Shown here in pieces: positions 29,408 to 39,858 of a stretch of 64,000 nt of DNA. The stretch spans positions 128,001 to 192,000 of the forward strand of contig CAXBMO010000002.1 in assembly GCA_963977015.1 (NCBI GenBank), in the 5' to 3' direction. How positions within the stretch are numbered: position 1 is the first letter of the stretch; the number at the start of each line of letters is the position of its first letter. The notes beneath the pieces are model-generated. The model was not told where the DNA came from and did not search any database. It was given only the letters and a program-made list of their open reading frames with translations. A program made the position numbers and the translations under genes. The stretch is from an uncultured bacterium (GTDB lineage: Bacteria; Verrucomicrobiota; Verrucomicrobiia; Verrucomicrobiales; DEV007).

Positions 29408-29436
29408 TTGACGCCATTGCGAGTGCCTTCTAACCT
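29408..29436 (+). promoter_or_regulatory. Sigma70-like promoter, probably giving a leaderless mRNA
   Basis: TTGACG-17 nt-TAACCT ending 6 nt before ATG 29443. Confidence 0.55.
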
Positions 29437-29442
29437 CTGCCC

Positions 29443-30201
29443 ATGATGATGAAGCCCCTTTTTGCTGTTCTCATTTCTGTCGCGTTTTTGTCTTCCGTTC
29501 AGGCGGATGACAAAAAGCTGTATGCCGGTGAGCCGATCCAGGCGCTGCTGATTACGGGCGGGTGCTGCCACAATTACATCTTTCAGGCGACGACGCTGTT
29601 GAAGGGCGCTTCCGAGAGGGCGGAAATCGAGTGGGCGGTGGTGAATGAGGGCGGAACGGGCACGTCGGCGATGATCGACCTCTACAAGGATCCGGATTGG
29701 GCCAAGGACTATGACGTGGTGATCCACAATGAGTGTTTCGCGAATACGAAGGATCCGGACTACATCCGCAAGATTACGGAGGCGCACAAGGCGGGCGTGC
29801 CGGCGGTGGTGATTCACTGTGCGATGCACACCTATCGGGCGGCGGAGATTGATGATTGGCGCCAGTTTTTGGGGGTGACGAGCCGCAGACACGATCACAA
29901 GTCGGAGTATCCAGTGAAGATCGTGGAGCCAGAGCATCCGGCAATGGTGGGGTTCAAGACCGATTGGGTGACGCCGAGCGACGAGCTTTACATCATCGAG
30001 AAGCTGTGGCCGGGCGCGACGACGCTGGCGACTTCGGTCAGCGAGAAGGACGGGAAGGCGCATCCCGTCGTCTGGGTGAACGATTATGAGGGCACGCGGG
30101 TGTTTGGAACGACCTACGGGCATTCCGACGACACGTTTCGCGATCCGGTGTTTATCGATCTGCTGACGCGCGGAATCGTGTGGGCGGCGGGAAAGATGTA
30201 A
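29443..30201 (+). CDS. ThuA (trehalose utilisation) domain protein, exported
   Basis: LLITGGCCH, YDVVIHNEC, VVIHCAMH, DELY, RVFGTTYGH. Confidence 0.85.
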   Translation: MMMKPLFAVLISVAFLSSVQADDKKLYAGEPIQALLITGGCCHNYIFQATTLLKGASERAEIEWAVVNEGGTGTSAMIDLYKDPDWAKDYDVVIHNECFANTKDPDYIRKITEAHKAGVPAVVIHCAMHTYRAAEIDDWRQFLGVTSRRHDHKSEYPVKIVEPEHPAMVGFKTDWVTPSDELYIIEKLWPGATTLATSVSEKDGKAHPVVWVNDYEGTRVFGTTYGHSDDTFRDPVFIDLLTRGIVWAAGKM

Positions 30202-30291
30202 GGTGCGAATCCCCGCACCGGGGAAGGACGTAGTGAGGATGACTCACTTTTCTTTCGACATTCGCCGTTGGCTCGATAGGAATTCTGCACC

Positions 30292-31368
30292 ATGTCCCAC
30301 GTAAAACTTTTCATTCCCGGCCCGGTCGAGATTTCGCCGGAGACCTACGAAGCCATTTGCACGCCGATGATCGGGCATCGCGGCAAGGAATTTCAGGAGC
30401 TGTACGGCGAGATTCAGCCGAAGTTGCAGAAACTGTTCATGACGGAACAGCCGGTGTATTTGAGCACGTCATCGGCTTGGGGAATCATGGAAGGCGCGGT
30501 TCGCAACACGGTGAAGAAGAAGGTGCTGAACTGCTGCGGCGGCGCGTTTTCCGACAAATGGTTCGATGTGTCGAAGCGTTGCGGCAAGGAGGCGGAGGCG
30601 CTGCAGGTGGAATGGGGCGAGCAGATTCGCCCGGAAGACGTCGATGCGAAGCTGGCGACGGGCGAATTTGATGTGGTGACGTTGATCCACAATGAGACGT
30701 CGACCGGGGTGATGAATCCGCTCAAGGAGATCGCGGCAGTCGTGCGCAAGTATGACGATGTCATTTTGATTGTCGATTCGGTGTCGTCGTTCTCGGTCGT
30801 GCCGATCCCGTTTGATGAACTCGGAATCGACGTGCTGCTGACCGGCAGCCAGAAGGCGTTGGCGTTGCCCCCCGGGTTGGCGTTGTTCGCGCTTTCGGAG
30901 CGGGCGATCGAACGGGCGAAGACGTTGCCGGATCGTGGCTACTACTTCGACTTCATCGAGTTCCAGAAAAATCAGGAGAAGGACATGACGCCGAGCACTC
31001 CCTGCATCCACACGATCTTTGGCCTGCGCCAGAAGGTGAACGAGATCGAGGCGGAGGGCATCGAGAATCGCTATGCGCGACACGAGAAGCTGAACAACCT
31101 GGCCCACGATTGGGTGCGGGCGAATGGGTTCGAGTTCTTCGCGCCGGAAGGATTTCGCTCAAAATCGTTAACTTGTGTGGCGAACAACCGACAAATCGAC
31201 GTGGCCAAGCTTCAAAAACTGATGCGCGAGAATCACTCCATCGCCCTTGATGGTGGATACGGAAAAATCAAGGGACCGACCTTCCGGATCTCCAACATGG
31301 GGAACGAAACGGAAGCAACGATGAACGAGCTGTTCGCGGCGCTCGACGACAGCCTGGCCAAACTCTAG
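30292..31368 (+). CDS. Class V PLP aminotransferase (alanine-glyoxylate/serine-pyruvate family)
   Basis: FIPGP, HNETSTG, VDSVSS, GSQKALALPPG, FRISNMG. Confidence 0.92.
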   Translation: MSHVKLFIPGPVEISPETYEAICTPMIGHRGKEFQELYGEIQPKLQKLFMTEQPVYLSTSSAWGIMEGAVRNTVKKKVLNCCGGAFSDKWFDVSKRCGKEAEALQVEWGEQIRPEDVDAKLATGEFDVVTLIHNETSTGVMNPLKEIAAVVRKYDDVILIVDSVSSFSVVPIPFDELGIDVLLTGSQKALALPPGLALFALSERAIERAKTLPDRGYYFDFIEFQKNQEKDMTPSTPCIHTIFGLRQKVNEIEAEGIENRYARHEKLNNLAHDWVRANGFEFFAPEGFRSKSLTCVANNRQIDVAKLQKLMRENHSIALDGGYGKIKGPTFRISNMGNETEATMNELFAALDDSLAKL

Positions 31369-31572
31369 GGTGCGATTGAAAAATGAGATGGACGCGCAAT
31401 TGATTTAATTTCGGGTATAAATGGCTTCGCTAATTTTGAGATGCGGCGCTTTTTCCGGCTGGAATTGCTGTTCGGGGCTTTGTGAGGAAGCTCATCTCCG
31501 CCCCGAGCCATCAATTCCAGCCAAAAAAATCGCTCGCAGCTCGCCTCACCTCATTTTACAAACTCACCCTAG
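31365..31572. mobile_element. MITE-like non-autonomous element with terminal inverted repeats and CTAG flanks
   Basis: Left CTAGGGTGCGATTGAAAAATGAG versus reverse complement of right end CTAGGGTGAGTTTGTAAAATGAG (20/23 match); internal long hairpin 31457-31522. Confidence 0.72.
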
Positions 31573-31583
31573 GACTCGACCTC

Positions 31584-32099
31584 ATGAATAATTACCGCTG
31601 GGAAACCACGTTCTCGAATCTCTTCCATCGCTGCCTCGACCGCTACCAAGGCGGGGACGCAGACTACACCGGGTATTACTCCGATGAGGACTCTGCGTTT
31701 CTCACGTCGATCGGTTACAAGCCTCGCGAGTTCTTCGATTTTGTGGAGGACTATGCTGATGGTGATGATCCCTCCCCCACCACAGCCGTGATGATCGCGG
31801 CTGCCCGGCGCGACTATCTCCACACGATAATGGACGGGAAACTGAGCGATCACGAAATCAAACCGAACGAGCTTCCCGGCAAGGGGGAAGACCTCGGCGG
31901 CATTCGCTGGTTGCCCCGCATCATCCGGAAAGCCGAAGGCAAACTGCGCGGCGAACTGGATCCGGACATCATGTATTGCTGTGGAGGCGATCGTGGGTTC
32001 CTCAACCAGCACGACATTCATCCGGCGGATTTCCTTCGCGTGGTATGGGCGGCGGACGGGAATACCGATTACGTCGTCGACTACGTTAGGAATCACTGA
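31584..32099 (+). CDS. DUF5069-like protein
   Basis: LGGIRWLPRIIRKA..KLRGEL..DIMYCCGGDRGFL motif; ATG 31584. Confidence 0.75.
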   Translation: MNNYRWETTFSNLFHRCLDRYQGGDADYTGYYSDEDSAFLTSIGYKPREFFDFVEDYADGDDPSPTTAVMIAAARRDYLHTIMDGKLSDHEIKPNELPGKGEDLGGIRWLPRIIRKAEGKLRGELDPDIMYCCGGDRGFLNQHDIHPADFLRVVWAADGNTDYVVDYVRNH

Positions 32100-32662
32100 C
32101 GAAGCCTTGAATCATCGAGAGGCGGAGACGGGATTCGGCGGAAATGCAGGATCATCGTTACAAGGATCCCCGCCAGGAGGAACATGTAGACAACGACAGC
32201 TCCGATGGTAATCGCCAATTCCTGATTCGCACGGACTTGATTGGCCTGAACCACATCCCAATGGACAGCGCCGAGTAGGAGGAGAGTTGCGAATGCCATC
32301 GCGAGTAAGTCGCGCCCAATCCGGGTGGTGGTGCCGACGGCACGTTCCGGAGCCAGCCAATAGTTCTTGTTCGGCAGGTTCCAATGCGTTTGCGAGATGC
32401 GGGGGAGAAACCAGGCAATGCCGGTGAAGGTGAGAAATTCAAGAGTTGCGACCATTGATATCGCCAGGGTCAACTCCCTTGGGCTCGACCAACGGTCCGG
32501 CTCGCCTCCCGCCCCAAAATGGACCGCGACCTGTTTAGGCAATTGCCCGTGCGTCCAAACGACGTAGCTGATCAACACCAGCCAGGTGATGCCGACCGCC
32601 ATGACAAGGGGCCAAATTGGTCGGAGATGCTCGGGTAGTCTCGCCATGATGAGGAGATTCAA
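32093..32662 (-). CDS. DUF1648 domain membrane protein
   Basis: LPKQVAVHFGAGGEPDRW motif, NLPNKNYW, four TM segments. Confidence 0.8.
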   Translation of the reverse strand: MNLLIMARLPEHLRPIWPLVMAVGITWLVLISYVVWTHGQLPKQVAVHFGAGGEPDRWSSPRELTLAISMVATLEFLTFTGIAWFLPRISQTHWNLPNKNYWLAPERAVGTTTRIGRDLLAMAFATLLLLGAVHWDVVQANQVRANQELAITIGAVVVYMFLLAGILVTMILHFRRIPSPPLDDSRLRQ

Positions 32663-32767
32663 CCCCGTTGAAGGCGACTTCGCGATTGCAAAATGTCACT
32701 GGATTTCTCGCGACAGAGTGACTAACGGGTCCTTACCCTTGCCGAATCCCCCAATGTTGTTAACCCG

Positions 32768-33823
32768 ATGAATTGGCTTCTACAATCCCTCAGCCTCAGC
32801 GTATTGCTTCTGCCATGGTGCCTCCATGCGGGAGAGGCTCCGCCAATCTCGGAGCCACTTCCGAAGCGACTCGCTTCGGCTTCGATTCTATGGGAAAACG
32901 ACTCGCTGGGAGGGACGGACAAGCATTACACGAACGGGACGCGCTTTGAATTTACCCTGGGTTCGACCATCGACCGCGAATCGACCTTTCTGGGGCCGTT
33001 GGTCAACGTGTTTCAGGATCATGAGGAAATCTACGGAACCGTATTTTTCGGTCAGGACCTGTACACGCCGCGGGACATCACCGTGACTGAATTGATCGAA
33101 GACGACCGCCCTTACGCCGGTTGGCTTTATGCGGGAATGCGTTTTGGGACGGTGAATGAATGGACTGACGATCAGAAGTTCTGGTTCATCAAACGGGCGT
33201 TGGATTACACGAGTCTGGAACTGAATTTGGGGGTGGTTGGCCCATGGGCGCTGGGCGATGAAATCCAATCCGGCTTCCATGAGTTGATCAACGGCCAGGA
33301 ACCAATGGGCTGGGACAATCAGATCAACAACGAGATCGTTTTCGACGCGAATTTGTTTCAAAGCCTGAGTTTCCGCGTGCTGGAGGATTCCGCGCAGCGT
33401 GTGAGCTTCGATCTCGAACCGTTCTACAACCTGCGGGCCGGGATGGTCCAGGTTTCCGGCGGTGGTGGAATCGCTGCCGTGCTGGGGCTGAACCACAAGC
33501 TTGGGGCGACGCCTCGCCGGCTCTCTTACTCCGGGCCGCTGAGCCGGACGGGAATGCAGTCCAGTTGGGAGGTTGCGTTGTTTGGCTCAATGGAAGGGCG
33601 CGGCGTTGCGTGGAACACGTTTTTGGACGGCAACGTGTTCGCCGACGGAAGCCACTCCGTCGACAAGGAGCACTTCATTTGGCATTCAGAGGTGGGAATC
33701 ATGCTGCGCTACCGCTGGCTCGTTGCCTCCTACATCCAGGTTTTCCGCTCCGAGGAGTTTGATGGCCAGGAGGGAATTCACGAATACGGCTCCGGACGGG
33801 TCGGCTTTGAGTTCCCGTTTTAG
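32768..33823 (+). CDS. Lipid A 3-O-deacylase LpxR family outer-membrane protein
   Basis: END...DKHYTNG, GQDLYTP, DRPYAGWLY, GWDNQI, NTFLDG; C-terminal Phe. Confidence 0.9.
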   Translation: MNWLLQSLSLSVLLLPWCLHAGEAPPISEPLPKRLASASILWENDSLGGTDKHYTNGTRFEFTLGSTIDRESTFLGPLVNVFQDHEEIYGTVFFGQDLYTPRDITVTELIEDDRPYAGWLYAGMRFGTVNEWTDDQKFWFIKRALDYTSLELNLGVVGPWALGDEIQSGFHELINGQEPMGWDNQINNEIVFDANLFQSLSFRVLEDSAQRVSFDLEPFYNLRAGMVQVSGGGGIAAVLGLNHKLGATPRRLSYSGPLSRTGMQSSWEVALFGSMEGRGVAWNTFLDGNVFADGSHSVDKEHFIWHSEVGIMLRYRWLVASYIQVFRSEEFDGQEGIHEYGSGRVGFEFPF

Positions 33824-33886
33824 GCCGGATATCCTTGACGGCGAGCGCCGCAAGATTTTCAATTTTGGATCGAGTTTTCAACCTCT

Positions 33887-36250
33887 ATGCGCGCCACGTT
33901 CTTCGCCTTTTTCCTTACCGCTCTCTCCGGAATTGCATCTGATCACACGGCGTTTTTTGAAGCCCATTGTGTAAAATGCCACGGGCCGGAGAAGCAGAAG
34001 GGCGACTTTCGACTCGATACGCTGGGTGCGCCCGACTTTGACACGGCGGAAGATTGGTCCTTGATCGCTGACGTCATCGAAACCGGCGAGATGCCGCCCC
34101 GCAAAGAGCCTCGCCCCGATGCCGCAGTTGCCACCACGCTGGTCGATTGGATCAGCCACGAACTTGGCCAGATTGTCGAGCCGACGTTGGGGCTTCGCCG
34201 CATGAATCGCGTGGAATATGAAAACACGCTACATGATCTGCTCGGGATTGACACGCCGCTGGCCGAACTGCTTCCCGAAGACGGCAGCGTCCAGGGTTTT
34301 GACAACGTGGCCAACGGTTTGGGCATTTCTTCGATTCTGATGGAGCGTTATCTCGAAGCGGCGGATGCGGCATTTGAGGGAACGATTCGGCGGATTCAAC
34401 CTCTGCCTCCCGCGACGCGCCGCGCCAACCTGATGGAGATAAAGGACAACATCGAGTCGGTCAAAAAGAAGAAGGGCGGCGTGATCGAGGAAGCGGGCGG
34501 GTTCGTGGATTTCACACCGGGTTGGCCACCTGCTCGAATTGACCCCGCACATCCGATTGAGGAAGGGGTTTATCGCTGCCGCGTTGCGGTTTTTCCCCAC
34601 GAACCGAATGACCATCGCACACTTTCCGTGGCGGTATTTGCCGGTCCGTTGTTTGGCGACGGCAAGCGCCGATTCATGGGGATGTTTGACGTGACCGGAA
34701 CACCGGAGAAGCCCCGCATCATTGAATTCACGACGCGTATGGGCGAGCTTCACGCCCTCCACATTCTTCCCTGGATTTACCCGGAACACCTAACCTACCG
34801 CGATAAGCACGAAAAGCGGCCCGGTGTCGGGATTCTGTGGGCGGAGACGCATGGCCCACTGGATCAGGCGTTTCCCTCTGAACCTCAGAAGCAGCTTTTC
34901 GGGGAGTCGGAGACGCTCTCGATGGAAGCGGGTGCTTCGTTTTATATTCGGCACCGCAAGGGCGTGAAATCCCACCATGTTGCATCAACCGCACCCCGTG
35001 AGGACGCTGAGCGAATCATTCGCGATCTGATTCCACGCGCGTTTCGGCGTCCGGTCCCTGACGAATTGGCCGATCAGTTTGTCGATTTGGCGCTGGCCAA
35101 ACTCGACCAAGGAAACACCTTTGAAGATTCTGTCCGCGCAGGCTTCACCGCCGTGTTCTGCTCGCCTCATTTCCTTCTCCTGAACCGGGAAACGAAGGTG
35201 GATGACTACGAGATCGCGTCCCGCCTTTCCTACTTCCTCTGGTCGTCGCTTCCGGATGCGGAACTGATGAGCCTGGCCGCCGCCGGTAAGCTCAGTGACG
35301 CAACCGTCCGCCATGCTCAAATCGAACGGATGTTGAACGATCCCAAGAGCGAACGCCTGATCGACAACTTCACCGGTCAATGGTTGGACCTCCGGGACAT
35401 CGAATTCACGACACCGGACAAGAAGCTGTTTCCCGAATTTGATGAGTTGCTGCAACGCTCCATGGTCGCGGAGACCAAGGGATTCTTTCGCCATTTGTTA
35501 ACCGAGAACCTCAGCGTTCTGAATTTCATCGATTCGGACTTCGCCGTTCTCAACCAACGGCTGGCAACGCACTACGGCATTCCCGGAATTCGCGGCCACG
35601 AAGAGTTTCGCATCGTGCCGTTGCCGAAGGAGAGTATTCGCGGCGGAATTCTCACACACGGCAGCGTTCTCAAAGTGACCGCGAATGGAACCAGCACCTC
35701 ACCCATTTTGCGCGGGGTCTGGGTTCTCGACAATTTGCTCGGTCAACCGGCGCTGCCACCGCCACCCGGCGTTCCGGCAGTTGAGCCCGATATTCGCGGC
35801 GCGATCAACATTCGGGATCAGCTCGAGAAACATCGCGAAGACGAATCCTGCGCTCGTTGCCATGCTCGGATTGATCCTCCGGGATTCGCGCTGGAACAGT
35901 TCAATGCGATTGGAGGAGAGCGGGAATGGTATCGATCACTGGGAGGGGACGGTGGAAAGGTCAGGCATGTCAGCTATCGAATCGGTCAAACCGTTCAAAA
36001 GGGCGACGTCTGGCCCGATGGACGGAAGTTTGCGGACTTCACCGAGTTTCAGCAACAACTTCTGGATAATCCCGACGTGGTTGCCAAGGCGATCGCCTCA
36101 AAACTGCTCGTCTATGGAACCGGGCGCCCGCTCACAAATGCAGACCGCAAGATTGTGGATGCCGTTGTCGACGCCACTCGCAAGGACGATTTTGGTCTGC
36201 GATCCATGATCCATGCCGTCGCCGAGAGTGAACTCTTTTTCCGCCCGTAA
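33887..36250 (+). CDS. Planctomycete-type cytochrome c protein with DUF1592/1588/1595/1587/1585 domains
   Basis: CVKCH and CARCH heme motifs; RRMNRVEYENTL, ASRLSYFLWSS.PD, TSPILRGVWV. Confidence 0.9.
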   Translation: MRATFFAFFLTALSGIASDHTAFFEAHCVKCHGPEKQKGDFRLDTLGAPDFDTAEDWSLIADVIETGEMPPRKEPRPDAAVATTLVDWISHELGQIVEPTLGLRRMNRVEYENTLHDLLGIDTPLAELLPEDGSVQGFDNVANGLGISSILMERYLEAADAAFEGTIRRIQPLPPATRRANLMEIKDNIESVKKKKGGVIEEAGGFVDFTPGWPPARIDPAHPIEEGVYRCRVAVFPHEPNDHRTLSVAVFAGPLFGDGKRRFMGMFDVTGTPEKPRIIEFTTRMGELHALHILPWIYPEHLTYRDKHEKRPGVGILWAETHGPLDQAFPSEPQKQLFGESETLSMEAGASFYIRHRKGVKSHHVASTAPREDAERIIRDLIPRAFRRPVPDELADQFVDLALAKLDQGNTFEDSVRAGFTAVFCSPHFLLLNRETKVDDYEIASRLSYFLWSSLPDAELMSLAAAGKLSDATVRHAQIERMLNDPKSERLIDNFTGQWLDLRDIEFTTPDKKLFPEFDELLQRSMVAETKGFFRHLLTENLSVLNFIDSDFAVLNQRLATHYGIPGIRGHEEFRIVPLPKESIRGGILTHGSVLKVTANGTSTSPILRGVWVLDNLLGQPALPPPPGVPAVEPDIRGAINIRDQLEKHREDESCARCHARIDPPGFALEQFNAIGGEREWYRSLGGDGGKVRHVSYRIGQTVQKGDVWPDGRKFADFTEFQQQLLDNPDVVAKAIASKLLVYGTGRPLTNADRKIVDAVVDATRKDDFGLRSMIHAVAESELFFRP

Positions 36251-36271
36251 CCTCAGCCAGAACCCACCATC

Positions 36272-37519
36272 ATGATGAATCGCCGAACTTTTCTTCGCTC
36301 CGCCGGAGTTGCCATGGCTCTCCCCGGACTGCCCAGCCTCGGAGCGGCTCCATCCAGCCCGGACATTCGAAGGATGCTGGCCATTTGCGCTCCTCTCGGA
36401 ATCCACACTCCCCACCTCTTCCCTCAAACCGCCGGAAAAGACTATGAGGTCACGCCCTACCTGAAGCCCCTGCAATCGGTTCGAGACAAATTCACGGTAA
36501 TGTCCGGATTGAGGCACCCGATGGTGGATGGCGGCCATGCTGCGGAAAAGAGTTTCCTAACTGGTGCAGCTCATCCCGGCCAACCGAGTTTTCGCAATAC
36601 GATTTCGCTCGATCAGTATGCCGCTGAGCGCATCGGTCACGAAACGCGGTTTCCCTTTCTGGCCCTGTCGGCCAGCAACAACGGAATTTCCTACACCCGT
36701 TCCGGCGTTCTGATCCCGGCGGAAACTCGTCCGTCCAAAGTGTTCGGGCGCCTCTTCCTCGAGGGCAATCAAGCTGAAAAGGCTGCCCAGATGCGACGGA
36801 TCAAGGATGGCCAGAGCATCATGGATCTCGTCCGCGACCAGACCAGTTCGCTAACCCGAAAACTGGGCCATGAGGATCATGAGACCCTGGATCAGTATTT
36901 CACCAGCGTCCGCGAAGTGGAACAACGGCTGGTTCAGGCTGAAGAATGGGCAAAACGTCCCAAGCCGATCGTCGACCAGAAGCCCCCCACAGACATCAAC
37001 GACCGTGCCGAGTTCACCGCCCGGATGAAGACGATGTTCGATCTCATCTATCTGGCGCTGCAGACGGACTCCACCAGATTGGTGACGATGACCGGCGCGG
37101 GCGGGAACGAGGTCGTCAATCTCAAAGGGGTGGATGACGGTTGGCACAACCTGAGTCACCACGGCAAGGATCCAAGCAAGATTGAGCAGCTTTCCATCAT
37201 TGAGTTGGAGGAAATGCGACTCTTCGGCGAGTTCCTTGAGCGCTTGGATCAGACCCGGGAAGGCGAACACACGCTCCTCGATCAAACCGCGATCTTGATG
37301 GGCTCCAATCTCGGGAATGCCTCCAGCCACAACAACACCAATCTTCCCATCGTGGCTGCCGGGGGCCACTTTCAACATGGCCAGCACCTTGCGTTTGGCC
37401 CTGAGCACCAGCCGCCCTTGTGCAATCTCCACGTTTCCTACCTTCAACACCTCGGATTGGAAGTTGACACCTTTTCGACCGGAAAAGGAACGATGCGAGG
37501 TTTGGAAAGTTGGAGTTAG
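36272..37519 (+). CDS. DUF1552 (HXXSHH) protein with Tat signal
   Basis: NRRTFLR twin-arginine leader; ISLDQ, WHNLSHHG. Confidence 0.9.
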   Translation: MMNRRTFLRSAGVAMALPGLPSLGAAPSSPDIRRMLAICAPLGIHTPHLFPQTAGKDYEVTPYLKPLQSVRDKFTVMSGLRHPMVDGGHAAEKSFLTGAAHPGQPSFRNTISLDQYAAERIGHETRFPFLALSASNNGISYTRSGVLIPAETRPSKVFGRLFLEGNQAEKAAQMRRIKDGQSIMDLVRDQTSSLTRKLGHEDHETLDQYFTSVREVEQRLVQAEEWAKRPKPIVDQKPPTDINDRAEFTARMKTMFDLIYLALQTDSTRLVTMTGAGGNEVVNLKGVDDGWHNLSHHGKDPSKIEQLSIIELEEMRLFGEFLERLDQTREGEHTLLDQTAILMGSNLGNASSHNNTNLPIVAAGGHFQHGQHLAFGPEHQPPLCNLHVSYLQHLGLEVDTFSTGKGTMRGLESWS

Positions 37520-37679
37520 CGTGCCCCCCTGCCGTCATGGCGATTCGACCGAACCTTCAGGGATGGTGCAGTCTTGAGGTTCCGGATGAATCGCGGCCCC
37601 CGGACGCAGTTTTATCCAGCATTGACATTTGTTCCCGCTACCACCCCAATGGGGGGAGCATCAGCACGAGTGTCTGACC

Positions 37680-38822
37680 ATGAAATCCCCCGACGATCCC
37701 TTCGAAGAAAAACGCAAAGCATCAGGAACGCTGCGCTGTGAGTTTCAAGGCGAAGATCTGCCCATGATTCTTCGCCATGCAGACGTCAGGCAAGCGGCGA
37801 AAGACTGGAAAACGTTCAGCTCGGATGCCCCCTTTCGGGTTCCGATACCTTCCGAGGAGGATTTTCGCAAAATGCGGCAACTTCCCATCGAGACCGACCC
37901 TCCGGAACACACCGAGTATCGCAAAATCGTCGAGCCCTTCTTCAAGCGAGCGAAAAATCCCAAGGTCATTGCGAAGGTCGAGAACTTGATCGACCGCATG
38001 CTGCGAGAGTCCCTCGAATTGGATTCGCTTGAGGTGGTTCGCGACTTTGCCTTGCCGCTGCAATCTCACGCCCTGACGTATCTCTTGAACGTCGATGAAG
38101 CTGAAGCAGAAACCTGGATCAGTTGGGGCATTCACGTGTTCCGCGATGGAGAATCCGGTGAGTTGAAAGGGGCAACGTTGGACCGCTATCTCAATGAACG
38201 CTTGGATCAAGCGATTCAAAACCCGGGCGAAGACTTCTTCAGCGCCCTGACGAAAGCCACATTCCAGGGCAAACGTCTCACGAAAGACGAAATGTTGGGA
38301 TTCGCCAATCTGACCTTCGCAGGTGGGCGAGACACAGTCATCCATACCATTTCATCCATCTTCGCTTACATTGCAGGTCATCCAGAAGCGCTCGATTTTC
38401 TTCGAGCAGATTCGAAGCGGGTTGTGAATGCTTCTGAAGAATTTTTCAGGGTGATCTCTCCCCTCACCCACATCGGTCGGGTTTGTCCGGTAAAAACCGA
38501 TGTGCACGGATCCACCGTTCCGCCTCAAGGTCGTGTCTCACTCTGCTGGGCTTCGGCCAACCAAGACGAAACCGCGTTTGATGCGCCAAACGAAATTCGT
38601 TTGGATCGCAAACCCAATCCTCACCTGGCATTTGGCGCTGGCGCCCACCTTTGCCTTGGAGCGGCTCACGCCCGGCTCATTGTGCGAACGCTTCTCGCCA
38701 AGCTTTGCCTCCATGTCAGCGCCGTGGAAGTGGTCGCGGCACAGGAAAATGTGGAAAAGGAGGCTCAGTACCAGCGTTCGGTGGGATACGAGTCTCTTGA
38801 AGTTCAGCTCAAGGGTTTGTAG
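37680..38822 (+). CDS. Cytochrome P450
   Basis: DPPEHTEYR, AGGRDT I-helix, EEFFR (ExxR), HLAFGAGAHLCLG heme ligand loop. Confidence 0.95.
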   Translation: MKSPDDPFEEKRKASGTLRCEFQGEDLPMILRHADVRQAAKDWKTFSSDAPFRVPIPSEEDFRKMRQLPIETDPPEHTEYRKIVEPFFKRAKNPKVIAKVENLIDRMLRESLELDSLEVVRDFALPLQSHALTYLLNVDEAEAETWISWGIHVFRDGESGELKGATLDRYLNERLDQAIQNPGEDFFSALTKATFQGKRLTKDEMLGFANLTFAGGRDTVIHTISSIFAYIAGHPEALDFLRADSKRVVNASEEFFRVISPLTHIGRVCPVKTDVHGSTVPPQGRVSLCWASANQDETAFDAPNEIRLDRKPNPHLAFGAGAHLCLGAAHARLIVRTLLAKLCLHVSAVEVVAAQENVEKEAQYQRSVGYESLEVQLKGL

Positions 38823-38849
38823 GCAACTTCACCATTTGCTCACCTCACC

Positions 38850-39833
38850 TTAGAATGAAGCCAGAACCTGCTGCGAAAGTCGCTCACTGTAGGAGTTGAT
38901 CTTCCAATGTCCGGGACACCACCCTTTCAAAAACCGGTGAAAATCAACCCAGGCAAAAGGGAACAGGTCACGCCATTCGGCGATGACAGCTTGTGAGTCG
39001 GTTTCCGGGGTTCGCGGATCGATCGCCTTCTTCAATTTGGCGAAATAGAGATCCAAAAGCGCGGGGATCCGCTCTTCACAGGCTTCCTCATCGAGACAAC
39101 TCCCCAGGAAATAGGCGACGTCTTTCATTCCGCATCCTCCTCCCACATATTGGAAGTCGAGCGCGGCGACTCGATCCGCCGACTTCGAGAAACAGAAATT
39201 GGCAAGCTTGGCGTCTCCATGAACCAAGGTTTGATACCTTGCGCCGCTTAACTTTTGATCAATTGCCTCCGCCGCAGCCTTCAAAGGGAGATCATCAAGA
39301 GCATCAAGTTCGTCCGGCCGAGTTGTTAGATGCCAATACGTTCCCGTCTTCCAGAGACCATCGGGCGCCTCCCCCAAAAACAAGGCGTGAAATTCAGCCA
39401 GCCATTCCAGACACCGTTCGATTTCCGGTTCCCCGATCGTAGTCAATCTCGAAGGATAGCCTGCGGCATCGATGTCTTCGAGAAGCAGACAAATCGAATC
39501 TTCATGATCTGCGAATGAGAGAAACTGGGGAATCCGGCAGCAATCATCACAACGCGACGCCCAGGATCGATACCAATGCGTTTCGACCTGATACGAACGG
39601 ACCTTCCGTTGATGTGAAAGGTCGGAAGTCCACCCGCGGGGATGCGTTCTCTCGCTTGGCATCGCAACGTGCTTCGCGACGAGCGTTTGGCGATCACCGC
39701 CCTCGAGAACAATCCTCAGGATTTGGCCATACCCACTCCAGAGCTCCTGAATGACCTGATCGATCTTCATTCCTGAAGCACCTGTCGAATCCAGCACAAA
39801 GGATCCGAATTCGGCTTCAAAGTTCGATCTCAT
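38850..39833 (-). CDS. Aminoglycoside/ecdysteroid kinase-like phosphotransferase
   Basis: [28 protein letters not shown] motifs. Confidence 0.85.
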   Translation of the reverse strand: MRSNFEAEFGSFVLDSTGASGMKIDQVIQELWSGYGQILRIVLEGGDRQTLVAKHVAMPSERTHPRGWTSDLSHQRKVRSYQVETHWYRSWASRCDDCCRIPQFLSFADHEDSICLLLEDIDAAGYPSRLTTIGEPEIERCLEWLAEFHALFLGEAPDGLWKTGTYWHLTTRPDELDALDDLPLKAAAEAIDQKLSGARYQTLVHGDAKLANFCFSKSADRVAALDFQYVGGGCGMKDVAYFLGSCLDEEACEERIPALLDLYFAKLKKAIDPRTPETDSQAVIAEWRDLFPFAWVDFHRFLKGWCPGHWKINSYSERLSQQVLASF

Positions 39834-39858
39834 CAAGCAATGGCTTGTCAGGAGGCAA

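Noticed and set aside
23000-31200. Apparently higher-GC block suggesting horizontal transfer
   Set aside because: Impression only, not quantified; the block contains core genes and no mobility genes
31482-31583. Longer GTG start for the DUF5069-like gene
   Set aside because: The extension lies inside the MITE; ATG 31584 is more plausible
37540-37593. Imperfect hairpin between the DUF1552 gene and the P450
   Set aside because: Single copy, no U-tract and no recognisable riboswitch; not enough to call
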